A stretch of 64,000 nt of DNA from an uncultured Acidobacteriota bacterium. Lineage in GTDB: Bacteria > Acidobacteriota > Vicinamibacteria > Vicinamibacterales > CAVVIG01. Of this stretch, positions 29,473 to 41,769 are shown piece after piece. Position numbers and translations under genes: made by a program. The stretch covers positions 332,661 to 396,660 of the forward strand of contig CAVVIG010000009.1 of assembly GCA_963748265.1 (NCBI GenBank). Reading direction: 5' to 3'. The stretch's first letter is position 1; each line of letters starts with the position of its first letter. The notes under the pieces were generated by a model, which made no database searches, was not told the DNA's origin, and worked only from the letters and a program-made list of their open reading frames with translations.

Positions 29473-30138
29473 TCGCGCAGGTCAGAACAGGGAAGCCGGA
29501 GCCACCCGCGCTTTCACGCAAGAGGGCGAAGCCGGCGACGATCGCGATGAGCGTGCCGCGCTCGCTGAAGAGCGTCTCGCCCACGAGAAGGCCGCTGCGT
29601 GCTCCGAGGCGCCCGCTGACGGGCGCCGCCGAACCGCGGGATCCATCGCGGCACGCGGCGCATGTAGTCGCGGTACGCGCTCGCCGATCCGCGACTCGAG
29701 CAGCCGCTCCTCCCATCGGACGATCGAGTGGTACTCGACCGCGAGGAGGCCGGCGACGAACGGCGCGAGCCAGAGGAGCTGCGCGCTCACCGCGAACCCG
29801 AGCCACAGCAGGATGTTGCCGAGGTAGAGCGGATTGCGCACCAGCCCGAAGGGTCCGCTGTCCACGAGCGGTCCCAGGCGATCGCTGCGCGTGCGCGAAA
29901 TCACGCCAATGTGGTGGACGCCCCAGACGCGCAGCAACTCACCGGCGGCGACGATTGCAGCGCCCAGCGCGGGCAGCCCGGCCGACGCCGTGCCGCCAGG
30001 CGACGGGACCAGCAACAACGCGGCGGCCAAGGGGAGCGGGAGCGAGGTCCGATGCGTGAACAGCCAGCCGCCGACGCGCGTGACGAAGTCCGGATCCTGC
30101 TGTATCGATTGAGGTTCGCTCGTCGTGGACAGGGGCAC
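29465..30138 (-). CDS. Isoprenylcysteine carboxyl methyltransferase / phospholipid methyltransferase-family membrane protein; frameshift near 29650, 3' end uncertain
   Basis: GPFGLVRNPLYLGNILLWLGFAV...HSIVRWEERLLESRIGE, then AYRDYMRRVPRWIP in a shifted frame. The sequence is multi-transmembrane and hydrophobic. Confidence 0.6.
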
Positions 30139-30234
30139 TCGCTCGTTGAGTATAGCGCAACGACCGGGTTTGTTATAATTCGGACTACTGCGGTCGCATA
30201 TCGCTCATGTCCTCCTCTCTCCACGCCCTCCACG

Positions 30235-31152
30235 GTGACTGATCGCGCCGTTTCGTCGGTTCTCGACCTGATCGGCCGCACGCCGCTCGTTCGGCTCGGC
30301 GCTTCGAGCAGGAGACGCCCGGCGTCGAGCTGTACGCCAAGGCCGAGTGGCAAAACCCCGGCGGGTCGGTGAAGGATCGCGCCGCGGCGCGGATGATCGC
30401 TCGACGGGGAGCGTCAGGAGCGCCTGCGCCCGGGCTCGACGATCGTCGACGCGACCTCCGGGCAACACCGGCATCGCCTACGCGATGATCGGCGCGGCGA
30501 AGGGCTACAAGGTCAAGCTGTTCCTGCCCGAGAACGCCAGCCCGGAACGGAAGCTGATTCTGCGCGCGTTCGGCGCCGAGCTCGTGCTGACCAGCCCGCT
30601 CGAAGGTACCGACGGCGCGATCCGGGAGGTACGCGAGCTCGTCGCGCGAGCACCCGGACGAGTACTTCTACCCGGATCAGTACAGCAACGACGCGAACTG
30701 GCGCGCGCACTTCGACGGCACGGGACCCGAGATCATCGAGCAGACCGGCGGGCGCGTGACGCACTTCGTCGCCGGCCTGGGAACGAGCGGCACGTTCATG
30801 GGCACCGGCCGGGCGCTGCGGCAATTCAATCCGGCGATCAAGGTCGATGTCGTTTCAGCCGGACTCGCCGTTCCACGGGCTCGAAGGGCTGAAGCACATG
30901 GAGACGGCGATGGTGCCGGCGCATCTACGATGCGGCGCTCGCCGACGAGGACCTGCGCGTCGGCACCGAGGAGGCGCACCGGCTGGTGCGGCGGCTGGCG
31001 CGCGAAGAAGGGCTGCTCGTCGGGCATCTCGTCCGGCGCGGCGCTCGCGGCGACGCTTGCAGGTCGCACGCACGCTGGACTCGCGGCGTGCGTCGTCACG
31101 GTGTTTCCCGACGGCGCGGAGAAGTACCTGACCGAGTCGTTCTGGACCGCCG
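30235..31152 (+). CDS. cysM: Cysteine synthase B-type PLP enzyme (CysM; CysO-thiocarboxylate-dependent by context); reading frame broken at least 5 times, 3' boundary unresolved
   Basis: VTDRAVSSVLDLIGRTPLVRL / ELYAKAEWQNPGGSVKDRAAARMI / [51 protein letters not shown] / YFYPDQYSNDANWRAHFDGTGPEIIEQTGGRVTHFVAGLGTSGTFMGTGRAL / FQPDSPFHGLEGLKHM / EGLLVGISSGAA / VFPDGAEKYLTE. The current sequence reads through into mec with no stop. Confidence 0.75.
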
Positions 31153-31571
31153 ATGACGATGGCCACACTCGCGCCTGCGTGCTCGAAGCCGGCGTGGCGG
31201 CGGCGATCCGCCGGCACGGCGAGGAGACGTATCCGCACGAGTGCTGCGGCGCGCTGGTCGGACGCGGCGGACACGTCGACGCCGCGGTGGCGCTGCCGAA
31301 CACGACCGAGGAAGGACCGCGGCGGCGGTTCCTGGTGCGGCCGTCGGACTACCGGCTGGCGGAGCAGCGGGCGACGCGAGCTCGGGAGGCGAGCTGCTCG
31401 GGTTCTATCACTCGCATCCCGACCATCCGGCGCGGCCGTCGCAGTTCGACCTCGACCACGCGTGGCCGACCTTCGCGTACGTGATCGTCGCGGTCATGGC
31501 TGGCGCGGCGCGCGCCATGACCGTCTGGTATCTGAAGGAAGACCGATCCAGTTTCGATGAGGGCGAGCTGA
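31153..31571 (+). CDS. mec: JAMM/MPN+ metalloprotease (Mec-type CysO-cysteine peptidase); frameshifted
   Basis: VLEAGVAAAIRRHGEETYPHECCGALVG...RRRFLVRPSDY, then GELLGFYHSHPDHPARPSQFDLD, which is the JAMM H-x-H-x7-S-x2-D motif. The TGA at 31569 abuts the cysO ATG (TGAATG). Confidence 0.7.
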
Positions 31572-31851
31572 ATGGCGACGAAAATTCTGATTCCGACACC
31601 GCTCCGGCCGTACACGGATAAGAAGGACGCGGTCGAGGCCGACGGCGCGACGGTCGGCGAGCTGCTGGCCGATCTGACGACAAAGCACGCCGGGCTCAAG
31701 GCGCATCTCTACAACGAGCAGGGCAAGCTGCGCAGCTTCGTCAACATCTACCTGAACGACGAAGACATCCGGTACCTGCAGAAGGAGCAGACGCCGTGTC
31801 GCCGGCGGCGACACGATCAGCATCATCCCGTCGGTCGCTGGCGGCGTCTGA
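31572..31851 (+). CDS. cysO: MoaD/ThiS-family sulfur-carrier protein (CysO-like); one frameshift near 31797
   Basis: MATKILIPTPLRPYTDKKDAVEADGATVGELLADLTTKHAGLKAHLYNEQGKLRSFVNIYLNDEDIRYLQKEQTP, then after a 1-nt shift VAGGDTISIIPSVAGGV*. Confidence 0.7.
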
Positions 31852-31886
31852 CCCGGAAGGGCAGTTCTGAGTGTTTGAGTGAACTT

Positions 31887-33071
<1,185 letters not shown>

Positions 33072-33079
33072 CACGGGCG

Positions 33080-33107
33080 GGGAGGGTCAGACTCATCTGG
33101 TCCTCCC
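33080..33107 (+). terminator. GC-rich hairpin downstream of moeZ (possible terminator, no U-tract)
   Basis: GGGAGG-gtCAGactcatCTGgt-CCTCCC begins 9 nt after the moeZ stop. Confidence 0.3.
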
Positions 33108-33204
33108 GAGCGTGCCCACCTTCCTGACCGTCGCCCCGCTGCGATGGTGTAATATAGGACCTAGCCGGTCGGATTATCGGACTGCACGGTCGTATTTGTG
33201 AACC

Positions 33205-34951
<1,747 letters not shown>

Positions 34952-34966
34952 ATCGCTAAACTGCAG

Positions 34967-35033
34967 ATCGCGAATCGCGAATTTGCAATCAGCGATGTGG
35001 CAATCAGACAATGTAGTCTGCACTGGCGATTAG
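34967..35033. repeat. iscS-iscU spacer stutter repeats
   Basis: ATCGCGA x2 in tandem (34967-34980), GCAATCAG x2 (34985-34992 and 35000-35007), and GGCGATTAG (35025-35033; the same 9-mer occurs at 28023-28031). Confidence 0.7.
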
Positions 35034-35063
35034 GGCTCCGCGAGCTTCAAGAGCAGAGAGCAG

Positions 35064-35488
35064 ATGGCTTACTCGAACAAGGTGATCGACCACTACGAGA
35101 ACCCGCGCAACGTCGGCTCGCTGCCGAAGGACGATCCGAACGTCGGCACCGGGCTGGTCGGCGCGCCGGAATGCGGCGACGTCATGAAGCTGCAGGTCAA
35201 GGTGAACCCCGAGACCGGCGTCATCGACGACGCGAAGTTCAAGACGTTCGGGTGCGGCTCGGCGATCGCGAGCTCGAGCCTGGCCACCGAGTGGCTCAAG
35301 GGCAAGACGGTCGACGAGGCGCTCGCGATCAAGAACACCGACATCGTCACCGAGCTGAGCCTGCCGCCGGTGAAGATCCACTGCTCGGTGCTGGCCGAGG
35401 ACGCGATCAAGGCGGCGATCAGCGACTACAAGAAGAAGCAGGAGGCGGCCACGACGGCGGCAGGCGCGACCGCCAGCCGACGGCGTAA
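35064..35488 (+). CDS. iscU: Fe-S cluster assembly scaffold IscU
   Basis: MAYSNKVIDHYENPRNVGSL...GLVGAPECGDVMKLQVKV...KFKTFGCGSAIASSS...LPPVKIHCSVLAEDAIKAAI. The 3' end is ambiguous: the track ORF runs to 35567, and an alternative frame stops at 35488. Confidence 0.85.
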
Positions 35489-35500
35489 GAGCAATTGGAC

Positions 35501-35516
35501 GAGTTGGCGAGTTGGC
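35501..35516. repeat. iscU-iscA spacer tandem octamer GAGTTGGC x2
   Basis: GAGTTGGCGAGTTGGC. An imperfect inverted copy (TCGCCAAGTC) lies about 40 nt downstream. Confidence 0.6.
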
Positions 35517-35573
35517 GACCTGGAGTGGGTGAATACAGCGTCAACTACCAATTCGCCAAGTCACTGACTCTGA

Positions 35574-35904
35574 ATGATGTCAATCAGATCACCGAGACCG
35601 CGGCGCGGAAGATCCGCACGCTGATGGCCAAGCAGGGCATCGACGAGGGCGGCCTGCGCGTCGGCGTCAAGGGCGGCGGCTGCTCGGGCCTGAGCTACAC
35701 GTTCGCCTGGGAAAGCGAAGCGCGGTTCGGCGACGAGGTGTTCGAGGGCCGGACGGCGCGAAGATCTTCATCGACAAGAAGAGCCTTCTGTACCTGAACG
35801 GCACGGTGCTCGACTACGACACGAGCCTGATCAGCAAGGGCTTCGTGTTCAACAACCCGAACGCGAAGTCGACCTGCGGCTGCGGCAGCTCCTTCGGGGC
35901 CTGA
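35574..35904 (+). CDS. iscA: Fe-S cluster insertion protein IscA/HesB family; frameshifted (start region and near 35760)
   Basis: ITETAARKIRTLMAKQGIDEGGLRVGVKGGGCSGLSYTFAWE...VFEG / GAKIFIDKKSLLYLNGTVLDYDTSLISKGFVFNNPNAKSTCGCGSSFGA*. Confidence 0.75.
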
Positions 35905-35940
35905 CGGAGGCCGATTCGCAGGTCGGCAGTGCCGAGGCGC

Positions 35941-35986
35941 TGAACCGCGGCGACGTTGAACTGTGAACCCTGACTGACCCTGAACC
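35941..35986. repeat. iscA-hscB spacer stutter repeats TGA(A)CC(C) x5
   Basis: TGAACCGCGGCGACGTTGAACTGTGAACCCTGACTGACCCTGAACC. Confidence 0.6.
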
Positions 35987-36001
35987 GACGATCGATATTC
36001 C

Positions 36002-36751
36002 ATGTCTTCCATCACGCCAACGTTCAGATCTGCCGGAGTGCGGCGGCGGCGCGCCGGTCGACGTGCACTTCTGTCCGCAGTGCACGAAGATCCTGACGCT
36101 GGCGCGGCAGGGCGACTACTTCAGCTTCCTGGGCGTGCCGCGGAAGCTGAACCTCGATCTGGCGGACCTCGAGCAGCGGTTCCGGGCGCTCAGCCGGCAG
36201 TTTCACCCCGACTACTTCTACAACGCCGCGCCCGCCGAGCGCCGCGCCAGCCTCGAGCGGTCGTCGTATCTGAACGACGCGTACCGGACGCTGAAGCAGC
36301 CGGTGGCGCGCATCGAGTACCTGCTCGAGCTCGAAGGCGTGCTAGGCGGCCGATCGGACGTCGCCGGACGGCCGTCGCAAGAAGGTGCCGCCGGCGCTGC
36401 TCGAAGAAGTGTTCGCGCTGAACGAGGAGCTCGACGAAGTGCGCGAGATGCGGCGAGCGGCGGCGCCCGAGGAGCAGTGGCGGGCGCGGCTCGAGCGCGC
36501 GGCGGCCCGATCGAAGCGCAAGCGCGCCGAGCACGAAGCCGAGCTGCAGCGACGCTGGCCGGGCGGTGGGACGCCGGCGCGCGCCGAACGACGCGCGACT
36601 GCTCGAGGCGCTGCGCGGCGACGTGCTCGAAGGCGCTGCGTCGCAGCGTGATCAGCTCGAGCGTGAACTCACATCACACAACTCTGCTCGCCGACGATCT
36701 AGAACGCGAGACGCCGGCCGAGCCCCTGCAGTCCCGAAGCTCGTAGCCTGA
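36002..36751 (+). CDS. hscB: Fe-S co-chaperone HscB (J-domain) with N-terminal Cys-rich zinc-ribbon-like segment; reading frame broken at least 3 times
   Basis: ..PECGGGAPVDVHFCPQCTKILTLARQGDYFSFLGVPRKLNLDLADLEQRFRALSRQFHPDYF...SSYLNDAYRTLKQPVARIEYLLEL / PPALLEEVFALNEELDEVRE. Both ends are uncertain. Confidence 0.65.
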
Positions 36752-36755
36752 CTTC

Positions 36756-38634
<1,879 letters not shown>

Positions 38635-38669
38635 GCTGAAGCCCGACGAGCCAGAGCCACAGTACCAAT

Positions 38670-39071
38670 ATGCCCAAAGTCACCTTCATCATCGACGGCG
38701 AATCGCAGACCGTCGAGTTCGAGCACGGCAAGCTGCCGTACTCGCATCACGGCAAGCCGGAGTCGTTCCTCGACGTCGCCAAGAACCTGCACGTGCCGCT
38801 CGAGCACGCGTGCGGCGGGAGCTGCGCCTGCACGACCTGCCACGTCATCATCCGCGAAGGCGCGCAGAACCTGAGCGAGATGCAGGACGACGAGGCCGAT
38901 CGGCTCGACACGGCCTGGGACCTCACGCCGCAGTCGCGCCTCGGCTGCCAGGCGGTCATCAAGGGCGACGTCGTCTGCGAGCTGCCGATGTACACGCGGA
39001 ACTACGTGCAGGAAGGCGGCGGCATCCAGCTCGGCAAGTCCGATCGGCGGAAGGGCGCAGGAGGTGACGCG
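38670..39071 (+). CDS. fdx: ISC-type [2Fe-2S] ferredoxin (Fdx); reads through into iscX in the current sequence
   Basis: MPKVTFIIDGES...LEHACGGSCACTTCHVII...EADRLDTAWDLTPQSRLGCQAVIKGDVVCELP. Confidence 0.8.
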
Positions 39072-39275
39072 ATGAAGTGGACCGACGCCGAGGACATCGG
39101 CATCGCGCTGGTGGAGAAGTTTCCCGGCGTCGATCCGCTGACCATCCGCTTCACCGACCTGCGCGAACGCGTCCTGGCGCTCGACGGCTTCGACGACGAC
39201 CCGAAGACGTCGAACGAGCCGAAGCTCGAAGCGATTCAGATGGCGTGGTACGAGGAGTTCAAGGGCGATAGCTGA
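39072..39275 (+). CDS. iscX: IscX (YfhJ) Fe-S assembly accessory protein
   Basis: MKWTDAEDIGIALVEKFPGVDPLTIRFTDLRERVLALDGFDDDPKTSNEPKLEAIQMAWYEEF. It has its own AGGAGG Shine-Dalgarno sequence 7 nt upstream of the ATG, and it is in frame with fdx with no intervening stop. Confidence 0.7.
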   Translation: MKWTDAEDIGIALVEKFPGVDPLTIRFTDLRERVLALDGFDDDPKTSNEPKLEAIQMAWYEEFKGDS

Positions 39276-39282
39276 AGAAGTG

Positions 39283-39330
39283 AGAACTGAGCACTTAGAA
39301 CTCAGAACTTAGTACCAAGAGAGTCAAGAA
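39283..39330. repeat. iscX-mqnB spacer stutter repeats (AGAACT x3, CTTAG x2, CAAGA x2)
   Basis: AGAACTGAGCACTTAGAACTCAGAACTTAGTACCAAGAGAGTCAAGAA. This stretch is strikingly AT-rich for the genome. Confidence 0.6.
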
Positions 39331-39339
39331 CGCTGTCCC

Positions 39340-40014
39340 GTGCGTGTTCTGGTTGTTGCCGCGACCCGTGGTGAGGTGGCGCCGCTCATCGACGCACGTC
39401 GGTCGCCTTCGGGAGACGAGCGGATGCTGCAGGGGATCGTCGGGACGCACCGCACCGACATCCTGATCACGGGCGTCGGCATGGTCGCCACTGCCGTGTG
39501 GTGTGCCAGGGCGCTGACCGCCGAACGCTACGACCTGGCAATCAACCTTGGCGTCTGTGGCAGCTTCAACTCCGCGCTGCCGCCGCCGGCTGCCGTGCAC
39601 GTCACCAGCGACATGTTTCCCGAACTTGGCGTCGAGGACGGCTCGCGCTTCGTTGCGTTGGACGAGGTCGGGCTGCTCGATCGGGACGCCTTTCCGTTCA
39701 GCGGCGGCCGCCTCGTGAACCCTGCGCCGCCTGCGTTGCCCGGGCTCGCCGACCTGCCCACCGCGTCCGGCATCACCGTAAACACTGTGCACGGCGACGA
39801 CGCATCGATTGCAGCGGTGGTGAGCCGCTGCGCCCCGGACGTGGAGTCGATGGAAGGCGCCGCGTTCGCCTACGCGTGCCTCGTCGCCGACGTTTCGTAC
39901 GCCCAGGTCCGCGCCGTATCGAACAGGGTCGAGCGCCGCAACCGCGCCGCGTGGGACCTGAAGGGCGCCATCGAGCAGCTCGGCGCCGTCTCATTGAAGC
40001 TGCTCAGCTCATGA
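39340..40014 (+). CDS. mqnB: Futalosine hydrolase
   Basis: Intact 224 aa: MRVLVVAATRGEVAPL...ILITGVGMVATAVWCA...GVCGSF...VESMEGAAFAYAC...VRAVSN (PNP/UDP-phosphorylase fold, MqnB pattern). It is adjacent to mqnD. Confidence 0.8.
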   Translation: MRVLVVAATRGEVAPLIDARRSPSGDERMLQGIVGTHRTDILITGVGMVATAVWCARALTAERYDLAINLGVCGSFNSALPPPAAVHVTSDMFPELGVEDGSRFVALDEVGLLDRDAFPFSGGRLVNPAPPALPGLADLPTASGITVNTVHGDDASIAAVVSRCAPDVESMEGAAFAYACLVADVSYAQVRAVSNRVERRNRAAWDLKGAIEQLGAVSLKLLSS

Positions 40015-40024
40015 CCTGACTTGC

Positions 40025-40051
40025 GACTTGTGACTGACGACTTGTGACTGA
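40025..40051 (+). repeat. Exact 13-nt direct repeat GACTTGTGACTGA x2 (period 14) spanning the mqnD start codon
   Basis: 40025-40037 and 40039-40051 are identical. The second copy contains the mqnD GTG (40044). The first copy contains an equivalent GTG (40030) that opens a 5-codon mini-ORF. Confidence 0.8.
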
Positions 40052-40883
40052 GGACCTGCGACTCTCATTTTCACCTTGTCCGAACGACTGCTTCATGTTC
40101 GATGCGATCGTCAACCGCCGCATCGAGCTGGACGGGTTGTCGTTCACGCCGCACCTTGCCGACATCGAGGCCCTGAACCGTGCGGCGTTCGCGGGGGCCG
40201 CGGACGTCACGAAGATCAGCTACTACGCGTACGCGCACTGCCGGCGCGACTACGCGCTGCTCGACGCCGGGAGCGCGCTCGGCCGGAACTGCGGGCCGCT
40301 CCTGATTTCTGCGCGGCCGATCACGATCGACGAAGTCCGCCACGGCGACCTGCGGATCGCGATCCCCGGCGTCTACACCACCGCGAACTTCCTGCTCGGC
40401 GTCGCGTTTCCGGAGGTCCGCGACCGCACGCCGCTCGTGTTCTCGGACATCGAGCAGGCGCTCCTCGCCGGCCGATTCGACGCCGGCGTCATCATTCACG
40501 AGAACCGTTTCACCTACGAGGCGAAGGGGCTGCACCGCATCGCCGATCTGGGGGAAATCTGGGAGCGTGAGACCGGCGCGCCGATCCCGCTCGGCGCAAT
40601 TGCAGTCAGGCGTTCGCTCCCGGACAGCGTGAAGCAGCAGATCAACCGGCTGGTCCGGCAGAGCGTGGAGTACGCGTTCGCGCACCGCAATGCGAGCCTG
40701 CCCTACGTCCGCGCGCATGCCCAGGAGATGGACGAGGCGGTCATGTACCAGCACATCGACCTGTACGTGAACGACTACTCGGTCGATCTCGGCGACGAGG
40801 GGCGCCGCGCGGTCACGACGCTCTTCGACCGGGCGGCGAACCTCGACCTCGTACCTGTCTCCCCCGAGCCGCTCTTCTTGTAG
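40044..40883 (+). CDS. mqnD: 1,4-dihydroxy-6-naphthoate synthase
   Basis: Intact 279 aa: LRLSFSPCPNDCFMFDAIV...IAIPGVYTTANFLL...GVIIHENRFTYE (the SPCPND signature of MqnD). Confidence 0.8.
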   Translation: MTEDLRLSFSPCPNDCFMFDAIVNRRIELDGLSFTPHLADIEALNRAAFAGAADVTKISYYAYAHCRRDYALLDAGSALGRNCGPLLISARPITIDEVRHGDLRIAIPGVYTTANFLLGVAFPEVRDRTPLVFSDIEQALLAGRFDAGVIIHENRFTYEAKGLHRIADLGEIWERETGAPIPLGAIAVRRSLPDSVKQQINRLVRQSVEYAFAHRNASLPYVRAHAQEMDEAVMYQHIDLYVNDYSVDLGDEGRRAVTTLFDRAANLDLVPVSPEPLFL

Positions 40884-40892
40884 AGTGAACCC

Positions 40893-41339
40893 ATGCGTGG
40901 TGCGTACCTCGTTTCGCTGATCGGTTCCGCCGCACTCGCCGCATCTGCGTTCCTGCCGTGGCTCTGGCTGGGCGACGTGCGCTTCGCCGGCGTTCCCGAT
41001 CCCGCTGGCTACTTCGTGGCGGCCGCGGGCGTCGTCGGCGTCGTGCTGGCCGCGCTCGGCGTGTCCGGCCGGCGCGACACGGGGCAGGGACTCTTTCTCA
41101 CCGGGCTCGCAGGCGCCACGACGCTGGTGCTCGTCTGGCTCACCGGTCCCTCGACGATCGGCGAGCGGGCCGAGATGCACGCGCAGGCCGTCGCGATGGT
41201 CGACAACGTCGCGCTTCAGGCGCCCCCTCCCGTCACGATCGGTGTGGGGTTGATCGCCGGGATCGTCGCTGCGGCCGTGACCATGGCGGCGGCTCTTGCC
41301 GGTGTCGGCCGTCCCCGGCGCGCAGCTCACCTCGACTGA
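40893..41339 (+). CDS. Hypothetical integral membrane protein (about 4 transmembrane segments)
   Basis: A 148-aa hydrophobic ORF (LVSLIGSAALAASAFLPWLWL..., VAAAGVVGVVLAAL, LFLTGLAGATTLVLVWL, IGVGLIAGIVAAAVTMAAAL). No family was recognised. Confidence 0.5.
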   Translation: MRGAYLVSLIGSAALAASAFLPWLWLGDVRFAGVPDPAGYFVAAAGVVGVVLAALGVSGRRDTGQGLFLTGLAGATTLVLVWLTGPSTIGERAEMHAQAVAMVDNVALQAPPPVTIGVGLIAGIVAAAVTMAAALAGVGRPRRAAHLD

Positions 41340-41769
41340 ACGATCCGGTCAAAACGCACCATCGACCTGATCCGACTGTTCCCGCACGACTTCGCTCGAC
41401 CTCAGCCACGCCTGACGGTGCGAACAGCCGAGCGCAGCGACACCTGCTGAGTCGTGTCGCGCATATCAGCGGCTTGCCTGCTTTCAGGGTTGCCGTCGAT
41501 CACCAGCGGCACTAGAGTCGCCGCGCCCTCGGATCTCATCGGCCTTCCTGGTCGCGCCGCCAAGGGCGCAACAAGAAGTGCGCGTGCCAGGCAGCTGCAG
41601 GTTCATCTTCGATGACTGAGCGCTGCCCGTCGCGGCCGGTCTCTATCACGACATCTGTCGCCATCTCACCGGACTGTTCTCAGACCGGATCAATCGATCG
41701 ACGCGGGAGATACCCCGAAGGCCGTTACACGTGTGCGCGTGGCTGCCTCGGTCACGAACAGGAGGTCGC

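Noticed and set aside
31100-31160. Apparent CysM-Mec fusion (no stop between the two domains in the current frame)
   Set aside because: The junction lies in a block with many single-base indels. An ATG at 31153 and a typical Mec N-terminus follow. It is treated as two genes with an unresolved boundary.
33108-33204. IscR (Rrf2) operator upstream of iscR, around TCGGATTATCGGA and TAATATAGGACCTAGCC
   Set aside because: Only a short direct repeat (TCGGA-N3-TCGGA) is visible. I could align it to no convincing 25-bp type-1 or type-2 IscR palindrome, so the evidence is too weak to annotate.
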